This document shows, piece by piece, positions 57,031 to 64,000 of a DNA stretch of 64,000 nucleotides. The translations under genes and the position numbers were made by a program. The notes beneath the pieces were generated by a model, which was given only the letters and a program-made list of their open reading frames with translations, did not search any database and was not told the DNA's origin. Source of the DNA: Nannocystis bainbridge (GTDB taxonomy: Bacteria > Myxococcota_A > Polyangia > Nannocystales > Nannocystaceae); the NCBI RefSeq assembly GCF_028368995.1, contig NZ_JAQNDL010000002.1, positions 1,184,001-1,248,000 on the forward strand, written 5' to 3'. How positions within the stretch are numbered: the first letter of the stretch is position 1; each line of letters starts with the position of its first letter.

Positions 57031-58083
57031 TCAGGGCACCGGGACGAATTCGTCCCAGCCGTAGCGGCGCAGGTAGTTGCCCCACACGCCCTCGCACACG
57101 GGCTCGTAGCGGCAAGCGGCGCACTCGGGCCGCTTGTGACGGGCGCTGTCGTCGAGGTCGGCGCGGCGCACGGCGACGAGCCCGCCGTCGGGCCCGGAGC
57201 GCCGCTCGGCCAGGCGATCGGCAGGGATGAGGTCGGTGTGCACGGCCACCGGCGGCTCGAAGTGGACGTAGTCCTCGACGTAGCCGCGGTTGTGATCGGG
57301 CAGCCGCGTGGTGGTGCACAGCGGGATGTCGACGAAGAACGCCTGGACCTGGCGCTCGCGCGCGGAGGCCTGCTGCAGGAACCCTTCGGCGGCCGCGGCG
57401 ATCTCGGTGTAGGTCGGGAACAGCTGGTCGAAGAAGGTGTTGGCGCGGCCGTTCGCCTGCATGACGTTGAACACGACCTGGTCGACCCCGCGCTCGCGCA
57501 GGAACACGTAGATCTCGTGGAGGTGCGGCAGGTTGCGCTTGGTGACGACGGTGCTGGTGTGCAGCGCGACGCCGAGCCGCTTGTAGCGGGCGATCGTGGC
57601 GATCCCGCCGACCGTCTGCTCGAAGCTGCCCGGGGTGCGGGTGAGGGCGTCGTGCAGCTTGGCGGTGTGGCCGTGGATGCTGACGTAGACCTTGTTGAGC
57701 CCGGCGGACAGCAAGAGGCGCGCGTAGCGGTCATAGCTGAGCGCGCGACCATTGGTCATCATGCTGATCTGGCGCGCACCTGCCTCTTTGGCCATCTTCA
57801 CCCAGACGGGCAGCCGCTGGTTGGTGGTCGGCTCGCCGGAGGTGAAGCACACCTCCTCGAAGGCGTCGTGCTGACCGAGGATCCAGCGCACGGTCTCGTC
57901 GGTGGTGGCGGAGTTGACGACGTAGCGGCCGTCGCGGTCCTCCTCCATGCAAAAGATGCAATTGTTGTTGCACACCGCGCCGGTCAGGATATGCACCCGC
58001 GGGGCCTTGCCGGCGATCCGCGCCTCGATCGCACCGCCAGCGGACGGGCGTTCACCAGGAGCCGTGGGAGCCGTGCGATCCAT
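57031..58083 (-). CDS. Radical SAM maturase (HxsC-like) next to the His-Xaa-Ser peptide
   Basis: CNNNCIFC, FTSGEPT, MTNGRALSY, VSIHGH; C-terminal CAACRYEPVCEGVWGNYLRRYGWDEF. Nearest in-frame ATGs are 58083 and 58101; a GTG near 57996 is an alternative. Confidence 0.92.
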   Translation of the reverse strand: MDRTAPTAPGERPSAGGAIEARIAGKAPRVHILTGAVCNNNCIFCMEEDRDGRYVVNSATTDETVRWILGQHDAFEEVCFTSGEPTTNQRLPVWVKMAKEAGARQISMMTNGRALSYDRYARLLLSAGLNKVYVSIHGHTAKLHDALTRTPGSFEQTVGGIATIARYKRLGVALHTSTVVTKRNLPHLHEIYVFLRERGVDQVVFNVMQANGRANTFFDQLFPTYTEIAAAAEGFLQQASARERQVQAFFVDIPLCTTTRLPDHNRGYVEDYVHFEPPVAVHTDLIPADRLAERRSGPDGGLVAVRRADLDDSARHKRPECAACRYEPVCEGVWGNYLRRYGWDEFVPVP

Positions 58084-58315
58084 GCGAGCCGTGCGATCCA
58101 TGCGAGCCGTGCGAACCGTGCGAGCCGTGCGAACCGTGCGACGCGTGACCGGGGTCGCCGGGGGCGAAGGTGGCCGCGGCGACGAGGTCGCCGCTCGGCA
58201 CGCCCGTCTCGGCGTACTCCAGCGCCTTGTCCGAGATCTCACGGTGTTCGGGTCCAAGCACGGCGCTGGCCTTCTTGCGAAAGGAGACGAGCTCGTCAGG
58301 ATCAGAGGCGGCCAT
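58052..58315 (-). CDS. His-Xaa-Ser repeat peptide (HxsA-like RiPP precursor), 87 aa
   Basis: MAASDPDELVSFRKK...ATFAPGDPG followed by HAS, nine HGS and W-stop (counted from nucleotides 58058-58147). Variation among the HGS repeats is synonymous in this frame. Confidence 0.88.
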   Translation of the reverse strand: MAASDPDELVSFRKKASAVLGPEHREISDKALEYAETGVPSGDLVAAATFAPGDPGHASHGSHGSHGSHGSHGSHGSHGSHGSHGSW

Positions 58316-58483
58316 GGCTGCACCATAGCCGAACCTCCGCGCGGCTCGCAGCACGAACCAGTGAGAACGCGCGGGGCCGGTGCGAAGCGGCGGTAGCACC
58401 GACCGAACGGCTCCAGAAGCGGCTTTGCCGACAACTTGACACCGCACGGGCCCCGCCCGTAGCGTCCCAGAAAGGCTCTACGC

Positions 58484-59404
58484 ATGCAGATTCGGGTACT
58501 TTCTCTCGCGCTCCTGGTCGCCGCGGGCTCGACGTCCGGCTGCAGCGACGACTTCGAGCTGCCCAACAGCTCCGGCGTACCGACGGCGCCCGACGGCGCG
58601 ACGACCACGACGACGGGCGAGACGCCGACGACCTCGACGCAGGGGACGACCGCCGTGGACACGACCACCACGGGCGATCCGACCGGCGAGCCGACCAGCT
58701 CGACCACCGACCCGACGGCGGGCGGCATGTGCAACATCTACGACCAGGACTGCTCCGGCGACGAGAAGTGCACCGCGTACGCGAGCCCCAACACGTTCAT
58801 CCCCGAGGGCATCAAGTGCGTGCCGGTGCCCGACAACCCGAAGGCCGCCAATGAGCCGTGCAACGTCGGTCCCGAGGGCCTCGGCGACGACAACTGCGAG
58901 CTCGGCACGGTCTGCCTCGACCTCGACTTCAACGGCTCGGGCTTCTGCCTGCCGTACTGCACCGGCGACTCGCAGAACCCGGTCTGCGAGGGCAGCGACA
59001 CCACCTGCGTTAAGCTGTTCTTCGGCTACGACTTCGGCAACTGCTTCAAGCAGTGCGACCCGCTGCTGCAGGACTGCGCCGAGGGCGAGGGCTGCTACAT
59101 GGACGCGATCAAGGTCGGCAACACGGGCTTCGTGTGCCTGCCGGTCGTGCAGGGCGGGGCCGAAGCGACCTTCCAGGACACGTGCATCGGCTGGTCGTCG
59201 TGCGCGCCCGGGTTCGCCTGTGTGTTCGACGCGCTGGTGCCCGAGTGCTCGTTCTCATACTGCTGCTCGCCGTGGTGCGACGTGTCCGAGGGCGACGACG
59301 CATGTCAGGCGCTCGACGAGAAGATGTCGTGCATCGCCTGGTACAGCGAGGGACAGGCGCCGCCGGGGTTCGAGAACGTCGGGGTCTGCGGGATCCCCGA
59401 GTAG
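58484..59404 (+). CDS. Cys-rich lipoprotein with Thr-rich linker (paralog of 22427-23401)
   Basis: TSGC lipobox, CNIYDQDC and CDPLLQDC modules, ends APPGFENVGVCGIPE. Confidence 0.88.
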   Translation: MQIRVLSLALLVAAGSTSGCSDDFELPNSSGVPTAPDGATTTTTGETPTTSTQGTTAVDTTTTGDPTGEPTSSTTDPTAGGMCNIYDQDCSGDEKCTAYASPNTFIPEGIKCVPVPDNPKAANEPCNVGPEGLGDDNCELGTVCLDLDFNGSGFCLPYCTGDSQNPVCEGSDTTCVKLFFGYDFGNCFKQCDPLLQDCAEGEGCYMDAIKVGNTGFVCLPVVQGGAEATFQDTCIGWSSCAPGFACVFDALVPECSFSYCCSPWCDVSEGDDACQALDEKMSCIAWYSEGQAPPGFENVGVCGIPE

Positions 59405-59625
59405 GGGGTCCCCGGCGTTTTTGGCCGGGGCCCGCGCAGTTTACGCTGTCAAATCAGCGTTTGGCCCTGGAAAAGGCGAGAACGCGGCGGAATTCGGGGT
59501 TTTCGCGCGATCGATGGCGAAGTGGCGTGAGTCGGTAAAGCTGCCGTAAACTCACCGCCCGGGCCGTCCCGGCGGTGTATCAAAAGCCGCCGGGGGCCAC
59601 TGCGGCCCCCACGGAGGAGACTCAG

Positions 59626-60345
59626 ATGCCAATGTCTCGGACAACTCGCCTCACCCTGCCGATGCTGCTCGCGCTGTTCGCGACGCAGCTTGCCGCCTGC
59701 GCGCCGACCATGTTCGACGACGCGACGGCGCTGGCCGTCGTAGGGGACCCGCCGCCGCTTCCGGCGCCGCCGCCGCCGCCGCCACCACCTCCCGAGCCGG
59801 AGCCGGAGCCGCCGAAGCGCGTGGTGGTCGAGGACAACAAGATCTCGATCAACGAGAAGATCCAGTTCGACCTCGACAAGGCGACGATCCGCCCCGAGTC
59901 GGACGGCCTGATGGCCGAGATCATCTCGGTCATCAAGGAGAACCCGCACATCAAGAAGATCGCCATCGAGGGCCACACCTCGAGCGAGGGCACCGACAAG
60001 CACAACCTCAAGCTGTCGGACGCGCGCGCCAAGGCGGTCATGGACTACTTCGTGAAGAAGGGCGCCCTGCCCAAGGAGATGTTCACGGCCAAGGGCTACG
60101 GCGAGACCCGCCTCATCGCCGACGAGTCGTCGGAAGAGGGCAAGGAGAAGAACCGTCGCGTCGAGTTCAACATCATCGAGCAGGACGTGACGAAGAAGAA
60201 GGTCGAGATCGACCCGAAGACCGGCCAGAAGAAGATCGTCGAGGAGTCGACCTCGACCGTCGAGAACCCGTCGCCCGAGACGCCGGCCGAGGGTGGTGCC
60301 GCCGCGCCTGCTCCCGCCGCCGACCCGGCCAAGGCCACCAAGTAA
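59626..60345 (+). CDS. OmpA/MotB C-terminal domain lipoprotein
   Basis: LAAC lipobox, poly-Pro, IQFDLDKATI, IEGHT, LSDARAKAV, NRRVEF. Confidence 0.93.
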   Translation: MPMSRTTRLTLPMLLALFATQLAACAPTMFDDATALAVVGDPPPLPAPPPPPPPPPEPEPEPPKRVVVEDNKISINEKIQFDLDKATIRPESDGLMAEIISVIKENPHIKKIAIEGHTSSEGTDKHNLKLSDARAKAVMDYFVKKGALPKEMFTAKGYGETRLIADESSEEGKEKNRRVEFNIIEQDVTKKKVEIDPKTGQKKIVEESTSTVENPSPETPAEGGAAAPAPAADPAKATK

Positions 60346-60361
60346 AGAGGGAGCCACGAAC

Positions 60362-60748
60362 ATGCGCATTTCCACGATCCTCTGCTCCCTGCTGGTCGCC
60401 GCGGTCACGACCGCCTGCGCCGGCGTCAAGCGCGACGCGGAGACCTACCGCGCCGACACCCGCTCGGTGCTCGAGACCAAGAACAGCGCCGTGAAGGCCT
60501 GCTACGACCAGGCCCTGGTCGACGACCAGAGCGTCAGCGGCGAGGTCCTGGTCCGCTTCAAGGTCGAGAAGAAGACCGGGCGGCTCTACGACGTCGCCGT
60601 CGACCCGGCCGGCACCCAGGCGCCCGAGGCGCTGCAGTCGTGCATCGTCCGCGCCGTCGACGGCCTGGTCCTCGACCCGGTCGACCGCCGCGAGGGCATC
60701 GCCTCGTACAAGTACACGTTCAAGGCCAACCCGCCGGTCCAGCTCTGA
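60362..60748 (+). CDS. AgmX/PglI C-terminal (TonB-C-like) domain lipoprotein
   Basis: TTAC lipobox, VKACYDQAL...SGEVLVRFKV...CIV...YTF. GGGAG precedes the ATG. Confidence 0.75.
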   Translation: MRISTILCSLLVAAVTTACAGVKRDAETYRADTRSVLETKNSAVKACYDQALVDDQSVSGEVLVRFKVEKKTGRLYDVAVDPAGTQAPEALQSCIVRAVDGLVLDPVDRREGIASYKYTFKANPPVQL

Positions 60749-60815
60749 GCGGACCGGCGTGGCGTTCGCGGCCGTCGGGGCGTGCCCCGGCGGCCGTGTT
60801 CGCGAGCGGCGGAGG

Positions 60816-61065
60816 CGATATGTCCATCAAGCAATGTCCATGAGGACATGGCCTTTAGGACACGTCGACCGAGCGCGCCGCGGCTGAGATGGGGCGCCGC
60901 AGACCGCCAGGAGCGGCGGACCTCGGATCGAGCCGCGGCCGGGATGGTTGGGTTTGGAATAAGATGTCCTTCAGGGCATGGTCTTGAGGACATGCATTTT
61001 AGGGCATGCGGTTTGAGACATGTCCGAAGAGAAATGTCTCTTTGGACATGACCTTGGGGGACACG

Positions 61066-61066
<1 letters not shown>
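60816..61066. repeat. Two 14-bp-phased arrays between convergent genes
   Basis: Cores at 60819, 60833, 60847, 60861; then 60963, 60977, 60991, 61005, 61019, 61033, 61047. Confidence 0.9.

Positions 61067-64000
<2,934 letters not shown>

Noticed and set aside
58102-58737. Long N-terminal extension of the radical SAM ORF including (RTA/RTV)n
   Set aside because: It is the alternate frame of the HGS repeat plus antisense of the lipoprotein; repeat variation is synonymous only in the HGS frame.

Overview
Very GC-rich bacterial DNA, probably from a Nannocystis-like myxobacterium (inferred from many Thr-rich-tethered, Cys-rich lipoproteins, a giant TPR protein, a Ser/Thr kinase-like gene and an OmpA plus TonB-C/AgmX-like pair). 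Housekeeping genes include uvrA, tRNA-Leu(TAA), a two-component pair, large NAD-glutamate dehydrogenase, pepP, a plsC-type acyltransferase, cyclophilin, hflX, thrC and dnaE2 (cut by the right edge). Two things stand out. (1) A probable His-Xaa-Ser RiPP system, possibly split over two loci. An 87-aa peptide ending in HAS-(HGS)9-W (58052-58315) overlaps a radical SAM gene that is followed by an unknown protein. About 53 kb away (1-4508) lie three more similar radical SAM-type genes, one lacking CxxxCxxC, plus an HExxH peptide-modification enzyme and a Tat-like protein, with no precursor visible. (2) A dispersed, strictly 14-bp-phased array element with unit ~TGTCC-N4-GGACA (junction core CATG/CAGG/CCTG). 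It forms more than a dozen intergenic arrays, the longest an AT-rich run of 21 phased cores at 53899-54186, and it also occurs inside open reading frames. All calls come from reading motifs by eye; no database searches were run.
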